Source: an uncultured Candidatus Poseidoniales archaeon (lineage in GTDB: Archaea > Thermoplasmatota > Poseidoniia > Poseidoniales > Thalassarchaeaceae). Taken from it: DNA of 64,000 bases. The notes beneath the pieces were generated by a model. It worked only from the letters and a program-made list of their open reading frames with translations. It searched no databases and was not told where the DNA came from. Positions 7,779 to 16,913 of the stretch are shown here, one piece after another. The stretch spans positions 18,203 through 82,202 of the forward strand of contig CAZXZO010000001.1 of assembly GCA_964645485.1 (NCBI GenBank), in the 5' to 3' direction. Numbering within the stretch: the stretch's first letter is position 1; each line of letters opens with the position of its first letter. The position numbers were made by a program, and so were the translations under genes.

Positions 7779-10375
7779 TGGTTTCTCAGAAACTTCTTAT
7801 TGAAGAAAATTAGCACTAAAAAGAGAGAGGCCATTGAGGAAAACAGAAGAAGCCCATCCTGAATTGTTGATGTTGTTTCGTATTCTAGTGTGGCATTTGT
7901 GTGGTGTTTACAGCCATCAAGAGATTTCATTGAATCCACTGGTTCGTAGGGGCAACGATCAGCGCGAAATTCTCCTTCGATCCATAATCCAATTCCATCT
8001 TGGCGGGAATCATTCCAACTAGTATTCCACCAATTGTCACCCCAACTATCTCCATCACTATCATTCCATTGATAATAATTTAAGGGGAACAAGTCAATCA
8101 AATCTGCCCATCCATCTTGATCTATATCAGGGCATCCAAGATAATTTGCTTCTGTACTAGTTCCACTATCAAAGATACAGGCATCAAATTCATCGAGCCA
8201 ATCGTCATTATCATCATCATCGTCTTCATCAGAATCTCTACAACCATCAAAATCATTGTCACTGTTTGAATTGATAGTCCAATTGACGATTCCAATTGGA
8301 CAAAGGTCCCTTAAATCAATCAATTCATCGTTATCATCATCATCATCTTCCGTTGAATCTTGACAACCATCTCCGTCATGGTCGCTAGAATTGTTTGAAA
8401 TCCAATCAATATTCCCCCTAGTACAATAATCTGAGATATCTACTATACCATCATCATCATCATCGTCATCTTCCGTTGAATCCTGGCAACCATCTCTATC
8501 ATGGTCGCTAGAATTGTTTGAAATCCAATCAATATTCCCCCTAGTACAATAATCTGAGATATCTACTATACTATCATCATCATCATCGTCATCTTCCGTT
8601 GAATCCTGACACCCATCTCTATCATGGTCGGTTGATTGAATTGAGGTCCAGTTAAGTGTTCCTCGTGGGCATGAATCATTGAAGTCTATAATTCCATCAT
8701 TGTCATTATCTTCATCACAACTGTCACCTATATCATCACCATCATAATCTGATTGATTCGGATTTTCGGTTAAATTGCAATTATCTAAATAGTTGGGTAC
8801 ACCATCGCCATCTTTATCTGGATAAAATTGCCATAGAAAGAAATCTACATTCCTATCTAGTCCAAATGCAACTTTTGTTTGATTTTTAACACTCATATTG
8901 TAGGTAAATTTCCCGACCACGCTTATCATTCCATCATTTGATACCTCAATCGATATGGGTAGTCCGGATGGGTTTGTTTCAAGAGGCCCAGAGAATTCCG
9001 CCAACCAATATTTTTCAATGATGTTTTCATCATTGATTTTTAAAATAATAATAGCACTATTTGTTTTAATTGGCAGTGGCTTGTCGTACCAACTCGTATT
9101 GCCGTAGTATTTGATTGCTGCCAAGATACTTCCATCAGGGTGTTGAGTAACACTGTTAGGGATTACTTGGCTCAAAATTGTACACTCATTCGTTTTGACA
9201 TTAGTCCAAATCCCATCCTCACTGATAAATCCAGTGAATGTATTACAACTCAAGCCATTGATTTCAAATGTTCCGAACTGATAAGTATCATTAAAAAATG
9301 CTGGATTTGATGGATACATCCTTTGCATCCTTCCAGTAATAATAACTGATTTATTATCTAACAATAATATGTCAAAAATTTCAACTTGGCCCACACCATC
9401 AATAATAATTTTTGATAGTAGGTTCCAATAGCCTTCGCTAGAATAATGGAGAATGAAGGCACCTAGAGGGATATGTGAATAATTTTGGTCATGCGACGTA
9501 TTGATTGAATGATCACCAAATGATATATTCCCCTCTAAAATGACTCCCACTATCCATGCACCATCATTATCACATTCAAGACCATTCAATATAAGGGAAG
9601 AAATACTTCCTCCCTCACTACTTTCAATAGACTCGATAAAACCATAAATTCCATATTTCATGACAAATATGTCAAATCCTTGGCTTGTTACTTCGTTACT
9701 TACCGTGGTTGGGGATATTCTACCAGAATAGATCCCGGAAACGTATGAATTTCCAATGCTATCATGGCAAACTAATTGTGCACTCGACGAATCAAGGGAA
9801 AATGAGGGTTCATTATTGAAAATTTGAGATGTCAATAGTTCTCCAGAAGTTGAAATTATCGCAATAAATCCAGATTTATTTCCCTCATTTAGATAAGTAA
9901 AATTATTAATTGTTAGGTTTGTATAGACCTCGCCAACAGCAGTAATTGTATCAGATTGAGATATAGAAAAGTCAAAAAATCTGGCGCTGGTGCCAAGATC
10001 AATTATCCAATCAATACTCCCATTTAGTAAGTATTTTGCAATGAATGAATTACCATTTGTGCCATCTGAATTGTTAAAGAGATGGTTTCCCAACCATCCC
10101 CACGAACCAAATTTCCCGAGAACATACGTGTTTCCTTCCGAATCAAAAATTTGTTTTTCAAGTTGGTCTCCATGTCCTTCGCCACCACCAGATTTAAGAA
10201 TATGGACATAGTTTTCATCAGATAATGGGACATTTTCATCAGCTAATAGAATGTCATTTTGAAGAACAAGGTTTGATGCTGAATTCAACAATAACATCAC
10301 TATGGTAATCAACAAAACAAATTTACTAAAATATTTGGTTTGTGGCAGTGATAACCCCTTGTCGTTCATCAACAT
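7772..10375 (-). CDS. Membrane-anchored beta-propeller (SBBP-like) protein with TSP3-like Ca-binding repeats
   Basis: Signal/TM at the N-terminus; repeated D-x-x-GN-x-Y-V-x-G and FIAKY blades; DxDxDG/DDDNDG repeats with Cys; C-terminal TM. Confidence 0.8.
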   Translation of the reverse strand: MLMNDKGLSLPQTKYFSKFVLLITIVMLLLNSASNLVLQNDILLADENVPLSDENYVHILKSGGGEGHGDQLEKQIFDSEGNTYVLGKFGSWGWLGNHLFNNSDGTNGNSFIAKYLLNGSIDWIIDLGTSARFFDFSISQSDTITAVGEVYTNLTINNFTYLNEGNKSGFIAIISTSGELLTSQIFNNEPSFSLDSSSAQLVCHDSIGNSYVSGIYSGRISPTTVSNEVTSQGFDIFVMKYGIYGFIESIESSEGGSISSLILNGLECDNDGAWIVGVILEGNISFGDHSINTSHDQNYSHIPLGAFILHYSSEGYWNLLSKIIIDGVGQVEIFDILLLDNKSVIITGRMQRMYPSNPAFFNDTYQFGTFEINGLSCNTFTGFISEDGIWTNVKTNECTILSQVIPNSVTQHPDGSILAAIKYYGNTSWYDKPLPIKTNSAIIILKINDENIIEKYWLAEFSGPLETNPSGLPISIEVSNDGMISVVGKFTYNMSVKNQTKVAFGLDRNVDFFLWQFYPDKDGDGVPNYLDNCNLTENPNQSDYDGDDIGDSCDEDNDNDGIIDFNDSCPRGTLNWTSIQSTDHDRDGCQDSTEDDDDDDDSIVDISDYCTRGNIDWISNNSSDHDRDGCQDSTEDDDDDDDGIVDISDYCTRGNIDWISNNSSDHDGDGCQDSTEDDDDDNDELIDLRDLCPIGIVNWTINSNSDNDFDGCRDSDEDDDDDNDDWLDEFDACIFDSGTSTEANYLGCPDIDQDGWADLIDLFPLNYYQWNDSDGDSWGDNWWNTSWNDSRQDGIGLWIEGEFRADRCPYEPVDSMKSLDGCKHHTNATLEYETTSTIQDGLLLFSSMASLFLVLIFFNKKFLRNQS
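8250..8650 (-). repeat. 123-bp (41-aa) intragenic tandem repeats
   Basis: DHDRDGCQDSTEDDDDDDDxIVDISDYCTRGNIDWISNNSS unit; TCCAATCAAT at 8401 and 8524 gives the 123-bp period. Confidence 0.9.
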
Positions 10376-10403
10376 CCCCCCGCCTTCATTTATTATTATT
10401 GAG

Positions 10404-12614
10404 TTACTCCAAGATACTCCAATCTGAAGGTGTTTGGCACATTAACTGGAAGTTACCGAGATTGCATGGGGTCGCAGAATTGTGAAAAATATATTGATTA
10501 TCGGGGTAGGTTCCGGTATGACCTGACATAACAAAATACAGTTCAGGCTCTGGGGTCATTGAGTTTAATTCGTAAGACCCAACATAAGATACACCGTTTA
10601 CAACAGGTCCGTATTTTTCGTCAGTTATCTTGCGATGTTGGATGACAAAAGAACCAATACAGTATGATTGAGTTGATGAAGGTGATTGGCAACCTAGAGT
10701 GTCAGTGGAATCTTCGTAAGTCGGCCAATTCGAATTGATGTAATTCCACAGTTCATTACAACTAATAGAATCCCAACTGCAAGATTGGCTTGTATCTCTA
10801 GACCAAACGGATATAGGGGCAGAAAACCCTAGCATATGGCTGTTGATTGTTACCAATTGATTCGGCAAATGGTCCACCTCGTTTAATCCTCTAATTGATA
10901 ATAGGCCATATGGTAAATAGTTCACACTGGTGGGATTTGGGTCTTGTCTTTGAATATTTACCCACCAATTTTCAATGTAATAGCCACCCGGCATCCATTG
11001 GGTAGCTTTGAAAATCGGATTTAATTCAATTCGGGTGTAGTTTAACCAATGGGTGCCAGTGATGAATGCGTTGTTCTGTGTCGGCCCATCATTGATTTTA
11101 CTTTGCCATGAAGGGAAAAAATACACAGGATTGAACGCCCCTATTGGATTAGATTTTTCCATGATATCTCGAGGCAGGCAGTTGATTGGATTGTAACAAT
11201 AACCTAAGGTAATAGAGTTCGTTATAATACTGCTGAACGGAAAACCAAACCGTGAATATGGGTGACCCGGGCCACCTAGGGAATGGCCGATTTCATGTGA
11301 TAATGTGATTGCACTCTCAAATATTGGATAAGATTGTGACCAACTCGGGGAATTTCCAGTTCTTGATGTTTGGACGAAAATAAATCGGCCATTGACTTGA
11401 CGAAAACTTGGATGTTGTTCATTTACTAAGACACCATTAGCTCGAAGTGCGGGAGTTGAACAGCCTTGGAGATTGTTGCCGGCACTATTTTTCACAAGAT
11501 TATCCCCCGAAATGAACATAACTAGGTCAACGTCTTCGGTTAGTTCATCATAAATAAGACCATAGTGTTCAATGATATCAGTTTCAAAACTATGCAAGGT
11601 TTGAGTTAATTGGGCAGGATAATTATCGTCCTCACAAATTGCGCCTCTAAATCCATAATTAGTCTTTGTAAATCCATTAATTGAATCAATTATAGAATAA
11701 GGTTGGGTTGAGAGTATATCTTGATATGATGTATATCTCGTCCATTCAACTGTGATTCCTAACTGGTGACGATACCATAAACTAGTACTCGCGAGTATAC
11801 TTTCAATCATGGCCGTGCCGACAGGATTTTGGTTTGACGTAGTTTGAGTCCCTAAGTCAACCACATGAACTCTTAATAATTTGAACACATTTAGCGAGAG
11901 ATTTGTATTCAGAGCCATCGGTGAATAATACCAATCTTCAAATGCAGATGGTGCAGTATAGGGGGTGGTGCCTGCAATTTCGCATGCTGATGTGGTTTTA
12001 CATGCATCATATACAATTACATTCACATCTCCTGAGTTTGATTCAAGAAGTTGAATTTGAACACGATTTTCAACTTCAATCAAGGCTCGAAAATTGTCTT
12101 GAGGATTTCTTGGAAAAAATAAAGTTCCATAGGAAACTTCATCCTGATATTGGGTAATGCCTTCAATCCACCATGAATCCACTCCTTGATCTGGGCCCGG
12201 TCCATCTCCTAAGCTCAGGGGACCAAGGGTGGTTGAGGTTGCAACAAAATCCCACTCAATTACAGAAGAACCACTACCCAATCGCAAAGTTATTCCCCCT
12301 TCACATAAGAAAATATGTTTAATTTCGTCTGGAGTAATAGTTGAGGACGATGGGTTTTGAAATCTCATAAGTTTATTATTAACAATTTCTATTTTTGTAT
12401 AGTTGAGAGGGTGATCGGCGGTTAGCCATTGACCATCATGCCAATTCCCAGTTGAATCCCAAGAATTTTGTGCAGAGATTGTCGGCCCACAGTCATTCTG
12501 CCAATGGTGAGTTGAGCTATCTGAATAACTCTCTGCAGATGACATTGAAATTAATGGTGATAATAGTATTAGCAATACGAAAGTTGCTATTACCTTAGTA
12601 TTTTTTTTATTCAT
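10404..12614 (-). CDS. Secreted zinc metalloprotease, reprolysin/M12-like metzincin
   Basis: Signal peptide, DVDLVMFISG strand, HEIGHSLGGPGH zinc motif, downstream RDIM Met-turn. Confidence 0.7.
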   Translation of the reverse strand: MNKKNTKVIATFVLLILLSPLISMSSAESYSDSSTHHWQNDCGPTISAQNSWDSTGNWHDGQWLTADHPLNYTKIEIVNNKLMRFQNPSSSTITPDEIKHIFLCEGGITLRLGSGSSVIEWDFVATSTTLGPLSLGDGPGPDQGVDSWWIEGITQYQDEVSYGTLFFPRNPQDNFRALIEVENRVQIQLLESNSGDVNVIVYDACKTTSACEIAGTTPYTAPSAFEDWYYSPMALNTNLSLNVFKLLRVHVVDLGTQTTSNQNPVGTAMIESILASTSLWYRHQLGITVEWTRYTSYQDILSTQPYSIIDSINGFTKTNYGFRGAICEDDNYPAQLTQTLHSFETDIIEHYGLIYDELTEDVDLVMFISGDNLVKNSAGNNLQGCSTPALRANGVLVNEQHPSFRQVNGRFIFVQTSRTGNSPSWSQSYPIFESAITLSHEIGHSLGGPGHPYSRFGFPFSSIITNSITLGYCYNPINCLPRDIMEKSNPIGAFNPVYFFPSWQSKINDGPTQNNAFITGTHWLNYTRIELNPIFKATQWMPGGYYIENWWVNIQRQDPNPTSVNYLPYGLLSIRGLNEVDHLPNQLVTINSHMLGFSAPISVWSRDTSQSCSWDSISCNELWNYINSNWPTYEDSTDTLGCQSPSSTQSYCIGSFVIQHRKITDEKYGPVVNGVSYVGSYELNSMTPEPELYFVMSGHTGTYPDNQYIFHNSATPCNLGNFQLMCQTPSDWSILE

Positions 12615-12681
12615 ATATTTTGGGTATTTTCGATGAGTTATATAGTTATACTAAAACTGATTTATGTTCTTTTATCTAGTC

Positions 12682-13047
12682 TTAAATAATTTTGACTCCA
12701 TTTGGCCAAAGCACGAGAATTAGGGTTTTTTCGCGGGTTTTGGGGTTGTGGGTAGTTTCGGGGTCCATCCATACTAGGCTGCCCTTTGGGTACGTGCCCG
12801 ACTCGTCGTACACCTCGCCACGCAGAACTAGGTAAGCCTCTCCACCTGGGTGCATGTGGGGCATAAACGCCTCCACCTCAACTTCTGCATCTGCGTCGTA
12901 TAACACTAGTGAGCAATCACCTTCTCTGGCAAGTTTACCTAGGCGTACGCCAGTTCCAAAGTCCTTCCAGCGGATATTTTCTTCAAGCCATGCGTCATCA
13001 ATTGAGATACCGAGCCAATCTGACAAGTCGTGATTGAATGCCATCAA
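12682..13047 (-). CDS. ChrR-like cupin domain protein
   Basis: PHMHPGGEAYLVLRGEVYDESGTYPKGSLVW...THNP matches cupin motifs 1 and 2 (H-x-H, E, H). Confidence 0.85.
   Translation of the reverse strand: MMAFNHDLSDWLGISIDDAWLEENIRWKDFGTGVRLGKLAREGDCSLVLYDADAEVEVEAFMPHMHPGGEAYLVLRGEVYDESGTYPKGSLVWMDPETTHNPKTREKTLILVLWPNGVKII
12688..12884. repeat. 197-bp direct repeat, right copy (att-like), forming the 3' end of the intact cupin gene
   Basis: Matches 7582-7778; offset 5106 bp. Confidence 0.95.
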
Positions 13048-13916
13048 TTACTGCACAGGCGGATTTCACACATGAGCCTTCGGGCGCAGACTTGATGGCA
13101 GATGAAGTCTTGTGGGCCCATATGGCAGAGGTGATTTTCATCCCTTCATTGCCGCCGGCCTCGCCTTACGAAGCCTATCTCTACATGCTTGTTCTGCCTC
13201 TTTTTTTGAGGCTAATTTTGGTGCTTCCACCCTTGATTGACTTAGTCTCAAAGTTTTCACCTGACCGTAAAATTCTTTTTCAGGCAATTAATTCATTAAA
13301 AATTAAGGGATTATGGGTCATTGTATTCAATGAGGTATTGGCAATTTTCTTACCATTTATATTAGCACTTTATGCACGAACATTGTTTGACCCTATTGGT
13401 TGGGAAGGCTGGAATGAAACTCCTACAGAAGCAATTTATGCATTATTGATAGCTGGAGGATTGTGGTTGTTTGGAGATTTTCTGAGAGTTACACGCACTC
13501 GCCGATTAATCCGCTCGGTATCAGAGCGAAATAGAGTTGTTGTGAAACTTACGGCCCAAGGCATATCACATGCACGTGGTGCTCTAGGATACATTGGTGG
13601 CTTGAGTCTTAAAGGGAAAAAACCAGAGGATGGTGGGCTAGAGGACAATCAGTCTGCGATTGGTGAATCTAAAAAATCAATTTTAGGAACTTTACTTGGT
13701 GCCGGTGGTGTTGCTGGGGATAAGGGTCGCGAACTCGCTGATGCGGCATTTGGTGTTGTCCGAGATAAGGCGAACGACCTTTCCAACAAAATGGATGACC
13801 AAATTCAAAGAGGTATTCGTCAGCAATCAAAGGTTGCTCTAAAACTACTGATTAGAGACATCTTGATGAGCGTTGGACCGATTGTAATCCTTGTTGGACT
13901 TTACAACGTTTGGTAA
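13038..13916 (+). CDS. Hypothetical membrane protein; start probably 13095 or 13122
   Basis: 292-codon ORF with 3-4 hydrophobic helices. Confidence 0.75.
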   Translation: MPSITAQADFTHEPSGADLMADEVLWAHMAEVIFIPSLPPASPYEAYLYMLVLPLFLRLILVLPPLIDLVSKFSPDRKILFQAINSLKIKGLWVIVFNEVLAIFLPFILALYARTLFDPIGWEGWNETPTEAIYALLIAGGLWLFGDFLRVTRTRRLIRSVSERNRVVVKLTAQGISHARGALGYIGGLSLKGKKPEDGGLEDNQSAIGESKKSILGTLLGAGGVAGDKGRELADAAFGVVRDKANDLSNKMDDQIQRGIRQQSKVALKLLIRDILMSVGPIVILVGLYNVW

Positions 13917-14278
13917 TATTGCTGAAAAATTAATATTGGTACTTATGATTCAAAATTCGCCCTAACTCAAATCTAACCAAAAGGCCAATAATTGGGGCAA
14001 GATTTTCTTAATTCAATAAATTATGAATGTTGAATCCGGAAAGGCGAAATAAATCCTTAGCCACTCAAATCCACCCGAAGGGCCAATAATCGAAGCAGGG
14101 TTTTTCGTGATATTATCAAAATGAGATCGATATAAAATTGATTTTGTGGAGGGGCTTGTTCCCTTCACCAAATCTTCTATTGAATGGAAATCCGAAGCGT
14201 AGACGCTGAGGATAAAATAGAAAGAAAATCCGTCGCGTTAGTTGAAATCAATGTAAAAGCGGCACGGGGGGATTGTAA

Positions 14279-14311
14279 GGGGGGCGGCAGCCACCCTACG
14301 GAGGCAGCCCC
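14279..14311 (-). terminator. GC-rich hairpin directly after the HAD gene stop
   Basis: Minus strand GGGGCTGCCTCC-GTAG-GGTGGCTGCCGCCCC, an imperfect stem. Confidence 0.35.
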
Positions 14312-14313
14312 AC

Positions 14314-14733
14314 TTAGTCGTCAAAGACTTCAACTTCAGCCCATCTCTTGACAAACTCAGTAAATTTGGAGGTGAAGCGAGTTGCTCTCACAGTGTGATT
14401 GTCGACCCAGTGGTAGTTTCCGCCTCTTGGTTTGTTGTACAAAACTCCGTGATACTTGAATCCGTTTTTGTCTAACCATGCCTCACTTACCTCTGCATGC
14501 TCGTCCGTCCGGCTGGTGAAAAAAGTGATGATGTGGCCTTCGTCAAACCATCCATTAATTACTTCAACTACGCCATCAAAAACCTCGGCGTCTGCCATTC
14601 TCCAGGGCTCTTCGTTAGGTATGTCCTCACAAACAGTTCCATCAATATCAATGAGATAATTCTTGCATCCTTCGGGCAAACTTGGGCTCATTGCCATGCC
14701 GCGCGCGTCACTCTGGTCCACAAGGTCCGTCAT
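14314..14733 (-). CDS. Small HAD-superfamily phosphatase-like protein
   Basis: YLIDIDGT motif I, FFTSR motif II, NKPRGG. Confidence 0.8.
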   Translation of the reverse strand: MTDLVDQSDARGMAMSPSLPEGCKNYLIDIDGTVCEDIPNEEPWRMADAEVFDGVVEVINGWFDEGHIITFFTSRTDEHAEVSEAWLDKNGFKYHGVLYNKPRGGNYHWVDNHTVRATRFTSKFTEFVKRWAEVEVFDD

Positions 14734-15392
14734 GGCTCGGCCGCACCGCGGACACTTCTTGAATCCAACGCACGCTGGCCAAGGAATGCAAGGGTGCCTG
14801 GAAACTTTTCAGAGGTTGCGGCTTGCCAGATTCTTATGTTCTGAAATCCGGCATTTTGGAGCGCAATTTTCCACTCATCAATGCTCATTGTAGTCATGTG
14901 AACATCGAGTTGGCCAGGCCATTCTAGGCTTGCCTCATGCTCAAGATAATGGTCAACACCAGCAACGAGCCACCCGCCATCCTCAAGCCACTCATCATGG
15001 ATTTTGGTTAGCATTTCTTGGGGGTTTTTCAGGTAGTAAAGGAATTCCATAGTGTGCACCAAGTCAAACCGATTTACGGGTGTCCATTCGGGTAACTTAG
15101 CAAGGTGATAATTTCCTTGTGGGTCAATTCTACGCGCGTTTGAGACCATTTGCTGTGCTCCATCAACACCCTCTGCTTGGCTGGCTCCGAGTTTTGTGAG
15201 TTTGCGGACGACCCAGCCGTTTCCACAGCCGATGTCTATCGCTGAAAACGGCTGTGGCAGATTCGGAATTGCTGATTCTAGCATCTCTGAAACTGAGGCT
15301 GAATGGCCCTTTTCCATACCTATATCCCGGCCTTGTTCTGCCCATTGTGAAAAAACATCAGTTGCAATTCTTGTAGGATTCATGTCATTCAA
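14730..15392 (-). CDS. Class I SAM-dependent methyltransferase
   Basis: IDIGCGNG motif I, GVDGA, FDLVHTMEFLYY. Confidence 0.9.
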   Translation of the reverse strand: MNDMNPTRIATDVFSQWAEQGRDIGMEKGHSASVSEMLESAIPNLPQPFSAIDIGCGNGWVVRKLTKLGASQAEGVDGAQQMVSNARRIDPQGNYHLAKLPEWTPVNRFDLVHTMEFLYYLKNPQEMLTKIHDEWLEDGGWLVAGVDHYLEHEASLEWPGQLDVHMTTMSIDEWKIALQNAGFQNIRIWQAATSEKFPGTLAFLGQRALDSRSVRGAAEP

Positions 15393-15423
15393 CTCAATTT
15401 TTTGTTGTTTTTTTTATTAAACC

Positions 15424-15610
15424 ATTTTTCATAGGGAGAGATTTTCTGTTTTTTCTTCATTTTTCATAGCGAGAGATTTTTCTGTTTTTTATGATTTTTC
15501 AAGGTGAGAGGTTTTTCTGTTTTTTCTTCATTTTTCAAGGTGAGAGGTTTTTCTGTTTTTCTTCATTTTTCATAGCGAGAGATTTTCTGTTTTTTCTTCA
15601 TTTTTCAAGG
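15424..15610 (-). repeat. Tandem array of five 35-36 bp units echoing the MFS gene 3' end
   Basis: Units start at 15424, 15459, 15494, 15530 and 15565; the last contains the gene's stop; consensus ATTTTTCAwrGyGAGAGrTTTTCTGTTTTTTCTTC. Confidence 0.95.
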
Positions 15611-16865
15611 CCAGAAATTTTTTCTCACCCGGTCCAACTATGATTACCCAACATACACCTGACAGGACTTGTAGGATGGCAAAAATCTGGATTCCTTCAC
15701 GCAGTGTCATGTTTGTATATTCTAGGAGTAGGCTTGCTGCTAATGTTGAGAATCCGTTTAGGAGAGTCATCAGCAGGAAATCCGTGCTAAATACCCGGCC
15801 CCTCCAAGCATCCTCACTTCGCTCTTGTAACAGAACAGTCGACAGTACCCAGTTTGCTCCACTCGCCGCATGTCCTATGGTGACAAGGGCGGCAACCCAT
15901 GGTGACCATTCAAGCCAACCTATGGCCATATATGCCAGCCCACAGGCACTCACTAGCCAGCCAAGGAAGAACGGCCAGCGGCTACGATCTGTGAAAGCGT
16001 AGCGTGCAAGAATGGGGCCCAATCCTGTTCCAAGTCCTCGAGCAGCAAACAGAATGCCAATTCCTGCGGCAATACTGCCAACCCCCATATCATCTCCAAC
16101 AAGGACTAGCATGTAGACAAGCCCGCCACCAAACACGCTCCATAGCGCCTTAGCGGTGATGATTCTTCGAACTGGGGGTGTACTGAAAATGATTCGAAAC
16201 CCATCGGTGATTGTGCCTGCTGTATTGGCCCAAATCCCTCCCGGTTTTGCAACATAAGCCTCCTGTGGAATATCGATTGTGCTGTACATAAACGCAGCAA
16301 CCAAGAATGATATTGCATTTACCACGAAGGCAACTTCAACCCCATAGGCTGCAACGACAAATCCGCCAACACTCGCACCTAAACACAATGCAGCACTCCA
16401 CGTTCCGCTGTTCAGCGCATTTGCTGTCAACAACTCGTTATCTTCTGTGATGTTTGGAATCGAAGCATTTTCTGCGGGAATGAACACTGCGTGAAGAATC
16501 ATCAGAACACTAGAGATGACATAGACAAGCCAAACCTCGCTGGCATCATCAACTAGTAACAGCAACAAGACGGCTACAGCCGACAGAAGATTGGCCCAAA
16601 TCATCAGCCACTTCCGACTGAATCGGTCGGCCAACATTCCAGTGAATATTTGAGGAAGAGCCAGCGAGAACATCCTGATAACAAATAGTAGACCAATGCC
16701 CAGCTCCGACCCAGTTAGGGTGTAGATTAGGACGAACAGTGCAACGGTGTTGAACCATTCCCCTAGCATAGAGATTGAGAGACCAATCCACAAACGACGA
16801 TAGACAGGATTGCCTTTGAGAAGTTCGAGAAACCCTACCTCCCGTTCCTGCATGGCTCGCGCCAC
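15570..16865 (-). CDS. MFS transporter (H+ antiporter DHA3-like)
   Basis: About 12 TM helices, GMLADRFSRK motif A, WRGRVFS. Confidence 0.95.
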   Translation of the reverse strand: MARAMQEREVGFLELLKGNPVYRRLWIGLSISMLGEWFNTVALFVLIYTLTGSELGIGLLFVIRMFSLALPQIFTGMLADRFSRKWLMIWANLLSAVAVLLLLLVDDASEVWLVYVISSVLMILHAVFIPAENASIPNITEDNELLTANALNSGTWSAALCLGASVGGFVVAAYGVEVAFVVNAISFLVAAFMYSTIDIPQEAYVAKPGGIWANTAGTITDGFRIIFSTPPVRRIITAKALWSVFGGGLVYMLVLVGDDMGVGSIAAGIGILFAARGLGTGLGPILARYAFTDRSRWPFFLGWLVSACGLAYMAIGWLEWSPWVAALVTIGHAASGANWVLSTVLLQERSEDAWRGRVFSTDFLLMTLLNGFSTLAASLLLEYTNMTLREGIQIFAILQVLSGVCWVIIVGPGEKKFLALKNEEKTENLSL

Positions 16866-16913
16866 TGACTTCTACCTAACAACCTGTGCCTGCGTTCACA
16901 AAAGCCAAGTCTC

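Larger units (their letters stand above)
7779..12687 (-). mobile_element. AT-rich cargo island in the 3' end of a cupin gene, with no integrase
   Basis: Bounded by 197-bp direct repeats; spot-checked 60-nt lines are 32-35% GC versus 48-53% in the flanks; two genes for secreted proteins. Confidence 0.75.

Noticed and set aside
7779-12687. Provirus or transposon
   Set aside because: No capsid, terminase, integrase or transposase motifs and no terminal inverted repeats
7582-12884. Diversity-generating retroelement template/variable repeat pair
   Set aside because: Mismatches are not adenine-specific on either strand and there is no reverse transcriptase in the window
12682-13047. Assignment of the cupin as a DMSP lyase or dioxygenase
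   Set aside because: The H-x-H/E/H set is shared by many cupins; the sequence alone cannot discriminate
14314-14733. Phosphoheptose isomerase label sometimes given to similar proteins
   Set aside because: Motifs are HAD (DxDGT), not SIS-fold GmhA
15424-15610. Possible CRISPR array (35-bp units)
   Set aside because: Units are contiguous with no unique spacers, derive from the adjacent gene end, and no cas genes are present
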